The notes below the pieces were generated by a model, which saw only the letters and a program-made list of their open reading frames with translations, had not been told where the DNA came from and did no database searches. From positions 1 through 55,799 of the forward strand of contig CAYNVM010000003.1 in the NCBI GenBank assembly GCA_964400645.1: a DNA stretch of 55,799 nucleotides. Reading direction: 5' to 3'. The DNA is from an uncultured Akkermansia sp. Lineage in GTDB: Bacteria; Verrucomicrobiota; Verrucomicrobiia; Verrucomicrobiales; Akkermansiaceae. This document shows, piece by piece, positions 8,944-19,935 of the stretch; position 1 is the stretch's first letter; each line of letters opens with the position of its first letter. The position numbers were made by a program, and so were the translations under genes.

Positions 8944-11900
8944 ATGTCTCAATCAACTCCCTCTCTTCCTTCAGGATTTTTAGTAGAAGGCTATTATATA
9001 AGCAAAGTTGTTCGCGAAGAGGGTGATAGTATTCTTTACGAAGCATCTGCCCCTGATGGTCAGGCTGTGCTGATCAGAGAATTCTGTCCCCATGGTTTAG
9101 CTCAACGCGATCCCGAATCAGGTAAATTGCGGTATGCAGTGGACGACGAGGTCCGAAATGAACTGATGAGCCGGAAAGAAAAGTTTGATGAGACATTCCC
9201 ACCAGGACCGTTAGGACAATTTGCCTCACTTGGTACGGTTTACAATATCGATCCCGTTCAAGTAGAACAGCCTGTTGCAACAAGGAGCTCAGGTGTAAAG
9301 CCAGTAGTAGTTTCAAAGAAGAAAAAGGATAATGCCTTATTCCGCAATCTCTTGATCCTTTTAGTTGTTTTGGGTGGGGGGTATTTCGGCTATCAGAGTT
9401 TGCTAAGCACGAGTGATTCAGATGATCATCAATCTAAGGTCACGAAGAAATCTCAAGGGAGTCACCACAAACAGGTTGTCGAAACAACTCCAAATGAGAC
9501 TGATGTTCAACAAAGTTCTGACTCAGAGAACCAGATCGCTGAGGAGCAGGACGATTCGAATGAGGCAAGCGCTAATGCCGAATCTGATATCGTCAGTCCG
9601 GAAGATGCAGGGGCGGAAGTCCCTGCTGCCAACGTTGTTGAAGTCTCTACGCCAGATGTCTCTGAAGAGGTTGATGAACAACCTGATGTGGTTGCGAAGG
9701 ATGAAGGAGCCGTTACAAAAGCTAAAAAGAAGGATAAACCCCAGGAAGGACGCAGAGAGGGGAGGAAAAATAGTGGGAAGATTGATCAGCTTGCGGTCCA
9801 GCAATGGATCAAAACCTATGCTAAACGTATTTCAGAATCTGAATTTAATAAGAAGTACTCTGACGTGTGGCAAAGCTGGTTTGGTGACAGTGATGAAGTC
9901 GCTCAGAAATATATCACTGTCCTGGGACCTTTAGGGATTCGTGCTCGCCAGTTGGATTCGTCTTGGAGTAGTGTGCAAGGGTTTAAGAACCTATTCCCTA
10001 AGAGTTTGTGTGATCCAGATGGTGAGCTGGTTCTTAATGGTTATACGGTCATCAACACCATTGCAGGTGGACCTGGGGACGGTAAGGTAAAAGAAGGAGA
10101 CTTTATTATTGGGGTCGATGGTCAGTTGCTGAAATCAGCAGCAGGCGTGGAAACTAAGTATGGCCCTTATCAACACCAAGGTACTCGAGGCTTGGACCTT
10201 CATATGGGCTTACTTGTTGATAAGGCAGAGGGAGTTGGAAAAATTAAATTGATGGTTATTCCTGCCGAAAATTTGGACAAGCTTCCGCCCCTGAAGAACA
10301 AATGGCGGAATGTGGTGCCACAGACCAAGGTGGATAAAGACTTTGACCTTTCTGTTCCAGTGAAGGGTGGTCAGATTGTTCGTCTCATTGTTGATGATGG
10401 AGGCAATGGTATAGGATCTGATGGCTTTGAATGGGAAAACTTGCGCTTAGAGGGTCCTAAGGGGACTGTGTCTTTTGATAAGCGTCAACCTTGTGCCTAT
10501 AATGTTGGGTATGGGCAAGCCAAGTTTAATCCAGAGACTCATCGTTGGTTTGCTCACGCTAACTCTGTATTGGCTTTTGAAATTCCTCAGGGTGAATGGA
10601 CTTTGAAAGGTAAGAGCGTTAAAGCTCCTTATGCTTCTGTTAACTACAAAGTTGATGTTTGCGACAACAATGATGTTCCTGCCGAAATTAAAAAATTCTG
10701 CAAGAATGTTGAGCTGAAGATTGATCGCATCGGGTCTTATGCGGATGGCTTCCCGAACAAGTGTCCTAAGTCCAGAGCCGTGGTAGAAATGCTGTCTCAG
10801 TGGTTGCTTGCCCAACAGAATGACGATGGCTCTATTGACCACTACGGTGGGTATACAACGAAGCATTTTGACACAGCGCTGGCTGGGCTTGCATGGATGT
10901 CTACAGGAGAAAAGAAATTTGATCCTGCGATTAAGAAGGCTGCTGAATATTGTGCTTTCTCAGGTACTCAAGACTGGTGGGCAGTGCCTGCTGGAACTGA
11001 GGTCGTGTTCCTCTCTGAGTACTGGTTACGCTATCGAGATGACTCCATTTTGCCAGCATTGAGAAACCAAGTAGAGAGAATGAAGAATGAAATGCTCTAT
11101 GGTGAATTTGCCACAGGGCACGGTATTCACCCTGGCTATAGAGGGACTGGGGTTAGTATTGGTGGTTCTACGATGACGTTAGCATTGGCAATAGCAAGCC
11201 GTACTCCTGCCAAAATAGACGACGGTATTGCAGACAAGATGCTTGATCGAGCCCAGGAACTCTGTCCATCAGGATTCGGACCATATGGGCGTCGCGCTGA
11301 GACATTACAATTTACGCCCAACCTAGAAACTGGTGGAACGTACTCTGGGCGTCATGGCCCCTATTTCTTAGGGTCAATTATTGCGGGAGGCCCCGAGTTA
11401 TTTACTCGTAACTGCCGAGCAATGTATGCCAATGGACCAATTGGGGGGGCTGACCAAGGTCACTCATCAGAGACACTGAGTATGTTGTGGGCTATGCCCT
11501 CGTATTGGGTGGCTTCTCCTGAGACCTACTATAAGAGCATGGAGTCTTATCGTTGGAAGTTGACCTTGCTCCGTGCGTTTGATGGTGGGCTTATTTTCAA
11601 CCCTAACCGAACCGAGTATCAGGGCGCAGAACCGTGTTTGCAGGTCTTTATTCGCACGGCAGCGTGGATTCTTGGACTTTGTGCAGAACGTCAAAATCTG
11701 GCTATTACAGGTAAGCCTGAATTCCGTGCTAAGAGTTTCCGCAATGTTCCTCCGATCTTTGATCACGAATCGCGTCTCATTCACACATATACACGTAACT
11801 GGGCCATTGCCTCAACTGTCTTGGGTGCAAAGGCTCCCGAAGGTTTGAAGAGTATTCGGGAACAACTGAAGAAGGTTCCTATTCAAGCGGGATGTCGCTA

Positions 11901-13245
11901 TCCGTTGATGGAGATTATTTCTAAGAATGGGTTGGCTGTTGCTAAGAGTATTCTTGCCTTGAAGGATGTTGATCCTTTGCTGAGAGCGTATTGCGCTGAA
12001 TTAGTCCTAGGTGTCGATATTCGTCTGACGTGTGAGCCCAAGACCGATGGCGATAAGATCGTTTCTGGAGAATATACATTTGCTGTTGATGTTCAGCAAC
12101 CAATGAGTGGACGAGCGATTGGACTGAGAGATAAAGAAGAAGAGAAAAAAGCTCTTGAACTTTTGAAGTGGCCATTTGAAGGTTCCGTTACCTTTGAGGG
12201 AGGCAACATCTCTGGGCTGACACCTGTCACATGGGATTCAAAGTCTAATTACAAAGATGAGTTTAATGTGTTTTCTTCCAAGCAGGAACTTCCTGGCCCT
12301 GAATTGAAAGAGCCCATGAGTATGAAGGCTCACATCAAATACAAAGTGGCTGATGTTGAGTTTGATTATGTTCGTCCTCTTAAGGTTGGGGCTTTTGAAG
12401 CAGGATGCGGCGAAAAGGAACGTAAGGTGGTTAATGATCGCCATTTCTGGGTTCCTGGTATTCTGTATCGTGACCATGGTAACTGGGGAATGAACTTCTA
12501 TTTACAGGACGGGACGTTTATTTCATCTGCCACGCAGGGGAACCAAGTTATTGTGCATGAAAAGGTCAAGGGAAGTAAGGATGAGAAGGTTTGGGTGAGC
12601 CCAAATGATGCTAGCTTACTCCAGGGTTCTAAGTGCCTCTTCCTTGTTTCTACCGATTGGTTCGGATTGGAAGTCCGTTGTGCAGAATTGAAGTTGCTGA
12701 ATAATGGGAATCAGGAAATTCATGACTACAAGGTTAAGACTTCGGCCGAAGGCGATATTGATACGAAGGATTTAGTCGATTCAGATTCGACAACCTTTAC
12801 GACGTTGAAATATCCAGAAAAGGAAGGTGAAAGTCTTGATCTAGACATTACATTGCCTAAGCCAATTCCTGTGCGGGCAGTAGATGTTCGCTTGAAGGAA
12901 GGTTCTTCTCGCCTTGTCATCGAGGCCTTAAAAAATGGGAAAATGGTACCTGTCTATTGGGGAACTCAAGGCGCGTCTACGGGAGGTGCTGAAAAGACGA
13001 TGGAAGAAATGTTTAGCGGTAATAGTGAGGTCCAGCGTATGCTTACTCTCCCTGGCAATGGCTGGATCAAGTCTATTCGTGCTTTTACTCCTGTCACGAC
13101 AAACAAACTTCGCGTTAGATTCATTAGAGAGAATAAGAATCAGAAGGGCGGAGAACTTAAATTGTCAGAATTGCGAGTTTACACGACATTAGCAACCAAA
13201 CATAAAAATAAGGAGTCTGCTAATAAGGCCAAGCCTCAAGCCTGA
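8944..13245 (+). CDS. Large membrane-anchored DUF6288-type protein (kinase N-lobe remnant, TM, acidic linker, PDZ-like, NPCBM-like, alpha/alpha toroid, discoidin-like C-terminus)
   Basis: 1433 aa; LGPLGIRA..GGPGDGKVKEGDFIIGVDG (PDZ-like); VRLIVDDGGNGIGSDGFEW (NPCBM-like); WLLAQQNDDGS (QW-type helix motif). Confidence 0.75.
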   Translation: MSQSTPSLPSGFLVEGYYISKVVREEGDSILYEASAPDGQAVLIREFCPHGLAQRDPESGKLRYAVDDEVRNELMSRKEKFDETFPPGPLGQFASLGTVYNIDPVQVEQPVATRSSGVKPVVVSKKKKDNALFRNLLILLVVLGGGYFGYQSLLSTSDSDDHQSKVTKKSQGSHHKQVVETTPNETDVQQSSDSENQIAEEQDDSNEASANAESDIVSPEDAGAEVPAANVVEVSTPDVSEEVDEQPDVVAKDEGAVTKAKKKDKPQEGRREGRKNSGKIDQLAVQQWIKTYAKRISESEFNKKYSDVWQSWFGDSDEVAQKYITVLGPLGIRARQLDSSWSSVQGFKNLFPKSLCDPDGELVLNGYTVINTIAGGPGDGKVKEGDFIIGVDGQLLKSAAGVETKYGPYQHQGTRGLDLHMGLLVDKAEGVGKIKLMVIPAENLDKLPPLKNKWRNVVPQTKVDKDFDLSVPVKGGQIVRLIVDDGGNGIGSDGFEWENLRLEGPKGTVSFDKRQPCAYNVGYGQAKFNPETHRWFAHANSVLAFEIPQGEWTLKGKSVKAPYASVNYKVDVCDNNDVPAEIKKFCKNVELKIDRIGSYADGFPNKCPKSRAVVEMLSQWLLAQQNDDGSIDHYGGYTTKHFDTALAGLAWMSTGEKKFDPAIKKAAEYCAFSGTQDWWAVPAGTEVVFLSEYWLRYRDDSILPALRNQVERMKNEMLYGEFATGHGIHPGYRGTGVSIGGSTMTLALAIASRTPAKIDDGIADKMLDRAQELCPSGFGPYGRRAETLQFTPNLETGGTYSGRHGPYFLGSIIAGGPELFTRNCRAMYANGPIGGADQGHSSETLSMLWAMPSYWVASPETYYKSMESYRWKLTLLRAFDGGLIFNPNRTEYQGAEPCLQVFIRTAAWILGLCAERQNLAITGKPEFRAKSFRNVPPIFDHESRLIHTYTRNWAIASTVLGAKAPEGLKSIREQLKKVPIQAGCRYPLMEIISKNGLAVAKSILALKDVDPLLRAYCAELVLGVDIRLTCEPKTDGDKIVSGEYTFAVDVQQPMSGRAIGLRDKEEEKKALELLKWPFEGSVTFEGGNISGLTPVTWDSKSNYKDEFNVFSSKQELPGPELKEPMSMKAHIKYKVADVEFDYVRPLKVGAFEAGCGEKERKVVNDRHFWVPGILYRDHGNWGMNFYLQDGTFISSATQGNQVIVHEKVKGSKDEKVWVSPNDASLLQGSKCLFLVSTDWFGLEVRCAELKLLNNGNQEIHDYKVKTSAEGDIDTKDLVDSDSTTFTTLKYPEKEGESLDLDITLPKPIPVRAVDVRLKEGSSRLVIEALKNGKMVPVYWGTQGASTGGAEKTMEEMFSGNSEVQRMLTLPGNGWIKSIRAFTPVTTNKLRVRFIRENKNQKGGELKLSELRVYTTLATKHKNKESANKAKPQA

Positions 13246-13252
13246 CGTATAC

Positions 13253-13282
13253 AGCCCTAACAGGTCTTCTTCTGTTGGGGCT
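13253..13282 (+). terminator. Intrinsic terminator
   Basis: AGCCCTAACAG/CTGTTGGGGCT stem just after the stop. Confidence 0.65.
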
Positions 13283-13533
13283 TCCCCTGAAGGGTTGTTA
13301 AAGAAATATTAGCCGATCTTAGCTATAACTGATAGAGTCAAGTTGTAAAGAGAACTCCATCAGACGATTCCGTTATGGGTGAACTTGGTTTCCTAACTAC
13401 GTATGCAAAGGAAATGGAGGAATCCTCTTTTTCAATTTGACAGAAAACAAGAAATGGAGATATTAGAAAGTATACAGGATTGTGACACAGTAGCTTTCTA
13501 GCTCTCAATCCTATAATCCAATCTTAGAGTCAT

Positions 13534-13962
13534 ATGAATTTGAAGTTTCTCGTTGTTGCTATTGCTTTGCTAGGACTGTCTTCCTGTGCTTCAAGAGATT
13601 CTCTGAGAGACCCCTGGAGTTATTACAGCCCCAAGGGTGATGGTGGTTATACTTCTTCTAGCTACTCTCACAAGTATCACCCCAAGCGTGCTTATTCGCC
13701 TAATAGAAATTATGAATCTCCAAGTGGTAATCTAGGACGTTTTTCTAAGTCTCAACAAGAAGATTATCAGGCGGTTAAGACTTCTAGTAGCTCAACTCGT
13801 TACTACAGACCGAGTGAGACCTACCAACCTAGCCCCGTCCGTTATTCAGAACCTGTTGAAACATATGAGTCTTCAGGTCGTAGTAATTTAGGTCGCTTCT
13901 CTAGACCTAGTGAGGATTATAGACGTACAAATAATTTAGGCCGTTTCTCTTCTAGATCCTGA
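13534..13962 (+). CDS. Ser/Tyr/Arg-rich lipoprotein with 3x NLGRFS motif
   Basis: Lipobox LSSC after a hydrophobic leader; upstream TTGACA (13437-13442); motif repeats differ at synonymous sites. Confidence 0.8.
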   Translation: MNLKFLVVAIALLGLSSCASRDSLRDPWSYYSPKGDGGYTSSSYSHKYHPKRAYSPNRNYESPSGNLGRFSKSQQEDYQAVKTSSSSTRYYRPSETYQPSPVRYSEPVETYESSGRSNLGRFSRPSEDYRRTNNLGRFSSRS

Positions 13963-14063
13963 TTGATAGCTGAAATTATCCCTTCTCTGATGATCTGTGG
14001 CCCTTTGTGAGGCAACTGTGAAGACGTTGCCGACCCAACTGTGGCCGTTAAGTAGTAAGTCGA

Positions 14064-14091
14064 GCCCTATCTCCTGAACAGGAGATAGGGC
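14064..14091 (+). terminator. Intrinsic terminator
   Basis: Perfect 13-bp stem GCCCTATCTCCTG/CAGGAGATAGGGC. Confidence 0.75.
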
Positions 14092-14380
14092 CATTTCGTA
14101 CTACGTTTTAGGCATGATATAGGGGTAATGTCATAAGCTAAAGCTGACGTAAGAGCTATAAATGATAGCAACATAGAAGGAAGGTGTAGCGACCCGAGAT
14201 CTAGTTCGTAACAGAACGAGATTTGTTACGATAAGGAAATCTCCACATGTCATAAGAGTACCTACGATGGTGTGAAGGATGGTTTTAAGGACTCCTCCTC
14301 GATCGAATTGCTGTAGGGGAAGGCAGACTAGGAAATTGCTTTCCCAAAAGGGCTTGCTCGGGTAGGATGACGCAAAACTT

Positions 14381-14468
14381 CGACAGGGGTGCACTAGATG
14401 CTGAGATCGGACTGAGGTTCGAGACCCTAGGAACCTGATAAGGATAATTCCTTCGTAGGGAGATCGCG
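14381..14468 (+). promoter_or_regulatory. TPP riboswitch
   Basis: AGGGGTGC...GCTGAGA...ACCC..GAACCTGAT..GGATAAT.CC..CGTAGGGA consensus directly upstream of thiC. Confidence 0.95.
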
Positions 14469-14520
14469 AGCTTAGTCGCAAGCATTTGAGTGAGCACTGG
14501 AGGAGTTTATTAGTCACTGA

Positions 14521-16398
<1,878 letters not shown>

Positions 16399-16422
16399 AA
16401 AGCATACATACTTATTCTTTTG

Positions 16423-16456
16423 AGCCCTGGCAGCTGTTTCAACTGTCAGGGTTTTC
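16423..16456 (+). terminator. thiC terminator
   Basis: GCCCTGGCAG/CTGTCAGGGT stem followed by Ts. Confidence 0.7.
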
Positions 16457-16467
16457 TATTTTCCCTC

Positions 16468-16521
16468 TTGACATGTGTTCCGTACGCTTGTACGGGTTGT
16501 TCCGTACAAGCGTACGGAACA
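16468..16521 (+). promoter_or_regulatory. Promoter with double palindromic operator (TetR autoregulation)
   Basis: TTGACA at 16468; perfect 20-bp inverted repeat TGTTCCGTACGCTTGTACGG-N6-CCGTACAAGCGTACGGAACA; each arm is itself CCGTAC-N4-GTACGG. Confidence 0.75.
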
Positions 16522-17141
16522 TGAAAGAAACAGCAGAAGAGACCTTAATTCAGTTGGGATTGTCGAAATTGAGTAGTGTCGGAGTACGAGGACTGAAGGT
16601 CCGTCGCCTTTGTGACGAGGTTGGGATCAGTCCTGGTACATTTACAACGCATTTCAAAACGAGGAGAGAGTATATCGATAGAGTTTTGGAAGCGTGGTAT
16701 GAACCATTGCGAGGTAGGGTGGAGGACTACATGCTAAGCAGTGAAGGTCATCCTATAGATCAGCTGAGAGCTGTATTAGTGTCAACAGCAAGATTCTTTC
16801 GAACTAATGCTGGGGAGATGTTGCAATTAATGATGGATGTAAAAGCGGGTGAAGTTGGAGTTCAGCATTTGCTGAGTGTTGCCAGCCTAAACCATATCAA
16901 GTGGATTCGTGTGGCGATATCCAACTCCCAAAAAGCGGGAGAAATTGTCCAAGCTCCAATTGACCAGATTTTACTCTATCTATTCGGGGGGACGAACTTC
17001 CCGACTTTAATATACCATTTATTTCCATCCTCTGTGGAAAGAGATGTCGAAGAATTTGCTCGCGTAGTGGAATCGCTGACAGAAGAAGAAAAAGTGATTC
17101 AGCGTCTTGATTGGGCCTTACAAGGAATAAAAGCTAACTAG
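16521..17141 (+). CDS. TetR/AcrR family transcriptional regulator
   Basis: HTH GVRGLKVRRLCDEVGISPGTFTTHFKTR; start taken at ATG 16521 because the ORF-track start 16473 lies in the promoter. Confidence 0.85.
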   Translation: MKETAEETLIQLGLSKLSSVGVRGLKVRRLCDEVGISPGTFTTHFKTRREYIDRVLEAWYEPLRGRVEDYMLSSEGHPIDQLRAVLVSTARFFRTNAGEMLQLMMDVKAGEVGVQHLLSVASLNHIKWIRVAISNSQKAGEIVQAPIDQILLYLFGGTNFPTLIYHLFPSSVERDVEEFARVVESLTEEEKVIQRLDWALQGIKAN

Positions 17142-17156
17142 AAAGGAAGGTAAGCT

Positions 17157-18206
17157 GTGAAGAAAATAATCATTATACTTGCATCTCTTTTCCTAGTCGG
17201 AGGAGTGGGATGGTGGTTTCAAAGACAAACATCTCCTAACGAGGATCTTGTTTTAAGCGGTAACGTTGATATACGGAGCGTGTCTCCTTCATTTCGAGTA
17301 TCGGGGAGACTTCAAGAGTTGACTGTTGATGAGGGAGATCAAGTTACTGCTGGGATGGAACTGGGTTGTTTGGATTCTGAACCCTATGAAATCGCCTTAC
17401 AACAAGCGGAAGCGGCTAGAGATGTCGCCGCTACTGCAATAAAACAAGCCGAGAAGAATGCGGCTGCGCTTAAAGCTCAACTAGATTTGCGACGGGAAGG
17501 TTACCGTGCTGAAGAAATAGAAAAAGCTCGCGCCCAATTGGCCGCACAAAAGGTCGAATTACAGAATGCAGAGAAGGAGTATGTGAGGTATCAGAGGTTG
17601 ATTACAACGCATGCTATTTCCCAACAGCAACTTGATGTAACTGAACGTAATTTCCATAGCCAACAGGAGTTGGTGAGGTCTGCTCAAGCTCAATTGGATC
17701 TCATGGAACGAGGGTATCGTCATGAGGAAATTGCTCAAGCTGAGGCTCAATATGAGGGAGCTCTTGTAGCTGTTGATGAAGCAAAAGCTAGATTAAAATC
17801 ATGCGACGCAAATCTGAGACAAGCTAAGCTCAATTTGTCTGACACGAAGCTAATTTCACCATCTGATGCTATTGTTATGACTCGAAATATCGAGCCAGGA
17901 ACTCAACTGGGAGTGGGAACGTCTGTTTTGACTCTTTCTTTACGTCATCCTGTTTGGGTTCGTTCTTACATTGATGAATCCAAACTGGATAAGGTTCGTC
18001 TTGGGCAGGAAGTAAAGGTTCGTAGTGATGGTGGCAATGAATACCAAGGTAAGATCGGTTATATTTCACCGCAAGCTGAATTTACTCCTAAGACGGTGGA
18101 AACAAAGGACATCAGGACGACGTTGGTATACCGCATGAGAATCATAGTTTGCGGAAATACTGAAAATCTAAATCAAGGTGCTCCTGTAAGTGTCATTGTA
18201 CATTAA
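17157..18206 (+). CDS. HlyD-family membrane fusion protein (YbhG-like)
   Basis: LSGNVDIR, coiled coil, ISPQAEFTPKTVET..RTTLVYR. Confidence 0.93.
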   Translation: MKKIIIILASLFLVGGVGWWFQRQTSPNEDLVLSGNVDIRSVSPSFRVSGRLQELTVDEGDQVTAGMELGCLDSEPYEIALQQAEAARDVAATAIKQAEKNAAALKAQLDLRREGYRAEEIEKARAQLAAQKVELQNAEKEYVRYQRLITTHAISQQQLDVTERNFHSQQELVRSAQAQLDLMERGYRHEEIAQAEAQYEGALVAVDEAKARLKSCDANLRQAKLNLSDTKLISPSDAIVMTRNIEPGTQLGVGTSVLTLSLRHPVWVRSYIDESKLDKVRLGQEVKVRSDGGNEYQGKIGYISPQAEFTPKTVETKDIRTTLVYRMRIIVCGNTENLNQGAPVSVIVH

Positions 18207-18237
18207 TAGTTTACTATTATCTAGTAGGTAAAGTGAT

Positions 18238-19935
18238 ATGTCTCTAGTAGATGTCCGCCAACTAAATTATCGCTTTAAAGGAGAAAGCGATTATGCTTTG
18301 AAAGATTTGTCTCTCAATGTTCAGTCTGGAGAGATTTTGGGATTAATTGGCCCAGATGGAGCGGGAAAAACTACTTTATTACGTTTATTGTCGGGAGTAC
18401 TCAAAGCGGAGTCTGGCTCAATATCTGTATTAAATGGAGATCCTTTGAAGAATCATGCGCAACTAAGTCATCACATTGGATACATGACTCAGCGCTTTAG
18501 TTTATATGAGGATTTGACTATTTCTGACAACATCTCCCTGTACGCTAATTTGCACGGAATTAGCAAGGAAGAGGCTAACATACAAGGAAATGAATTGCTG
18601 AAATCAGCAGGTTTATTTGGGTTTCAAGATAGGCTAGCAGGGAAACTATCTGGAGGGATGAAACAAAAGTTAGCTTTGATATGCGCTATGCTTGGTTCTC
18701 CGGAGTTGATGTTCTTAGACGAGCCTGGAGTGGGGGTAGATCCTTTGTCTCGAAGAGAACTGTGGAAATTAGTTGAGGATGCCTCTAAGCAGAAAAACCG
18801 AGGAATTATTTGGGCTACAGCTTATCTAGAGGAGGCTGCCCGTTGCCACAGGGTATGTATTTTGCACGAAGGAAGGGTTCGTTATTTGGGTACTCCAGAT
18901 GGTATTTTAAGAGATTTACAGGATAGGGTTTTTTCTTTGCCTACACCAGTCTCTAAACGAATGCAGACTCTCAGATGCTTACAAGCAAATCCTAACATAT
19001 CTGATGCTATGATTAAGGGATCTGATATCCGTTTTATGCTACGCAGTGATCCAGACGGATTTGTCCTTCCTGATGGCGCTGTATCTGTGAAACCTAATTT
19101 TGAGGAGGCCTTTATTAACTTATTAGGACTCCAATTGAAAACTAAGCCTTTCATACCTACATCTGAGCCAATTGATACAGAAAATCCTGTAGTTATCAAA
19201 ACAGAGGGATTAACAAAGCAATTTGGAAATTTTGTTGCAACGGATCATCTGAACATCGCCGTACATAGAGGGGAGATCTTTGGACTTCTTGGAGCTAACG
19301 GAGCAGGGAAAACAACTGCTTTTCGTATGATGTGTGGTCTTCTCGCTCCTACTGAAGGTAAGGCCGATATTATGGGAATTGATCTTAAGAGTGATGCTAG
19401 ACGTGCTCGCTCTCACATAGGTTATATGGCTCAGAAATTTTCTCTATATTCCAATTTAACTGTTAAACAAAATTTAAATTTCTTTGCATCTATTTATGGA
19501 CTTAAAGGAGATAAAAGGAAAAATCATCTCAACGAAAGTATAGAGAAATATGATTTAGAACGTTGGATGCATCATCGATCAGGCTCTCTTCCTTTGGGAG
19601 TGAAGCAGCGCCTATCAATGGCATGTGCAACACTTCATCATCCAGAATTCCTCTTTCTTGATGAACCGACTTCTGGAGTTGATCCTTTTGCAAGACGAGA
19701 GTTTTGGGAGGAGATCAATGATATGGCTTTGCGTGGTGTTACAATTATTGTGACAACACATTTCATGGATGAGGCTCAGTATTTACATCGTATGGTCATT
19801 ATGGATCGTGGCCGTGTTATTGCTGAAGGTTCCCCTGAAGAGCTAAAGAGGCAGGCATCAACTTCCTCTCTACCTAACCCCGATATGGAAGAGGCATTTA
19901 TTCACTTTATTTCTAGGCAGGAAGAAAGATCATGA
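18238..19935 (+). CDS. ABC ATPase with two NBDs (YbhF-like)
   Basis: GPDGAGKT, LSGGMKQK, LDEP; GANGAGKT, LPLGVKQR, LDEPTSGVDP. Confidence 0.95.
   Translation: MSLVDVRQLNYRFKGESDYALKDLSLNVQSGEILGLIGPDGAGKTTLLRLLSGVLKAESGSISVLNGDPLKNHAQLSHHIGYMTQRFSLYEDLTISDNISLYANLHGISKEEANIQGNELLKSAGLFGFQDRLAGKLSGGMKQKLALICAMLGSPELMFLDEPGVGVDPLSRRELWKLVEDASKQKNRGIIWATAYLEEAARCHRVCILHEGRVRYLGTPDGILRDLQDRVFSLPTPVSKRMQTLRCLQANPNISDAMIKGSDIRFMLRSDPDGFVLPDGAVSVKPNFEEAFINLLGLQLKTKPFIPTSEPIDTENPVVIKTEGLTKQFGNFVATDHLNIAVHRGEIFGLLGANGAGKTTAFRMMCGLLAPTEGKADIMGIDLKSDARRARSHIGYMAQKFSLYSNLTVKQNLNFFASIYGLKGDKRKNHLNESIEKYDLERWMHHRSGSLPLGVKQRLSMACATLHHPEFLFLDEPTSGVDPFARREFWEEINDMALRGVTIIVTTHFMDEAQYLHRMVIMDRGRVIAEGSPEELKRQASTSSLPNPDMEEAFIHFISRQEERS

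Noticed and set aside
13729-13950. GRF motif as a mimic of RFamide neuropeptides, or a RiPP multi-core precursor
   Set aside because: Phe is followed by Ser rather than the amidation Gly, there are no consistent dibasic sites, and no modifying enzymes are adjacent
14131-14517. 128-aa and 70-aa minus-strand ORFs
   Set aside because: They overlap the TPP riboswitch antisense and have no motifs
16476-16521. Palindrome as parS or a CRISPR repeat
   Set aside because: Does not match TGTTTCACGTGAAACA and has no repeat-spacer array; its position fits a TetR operator
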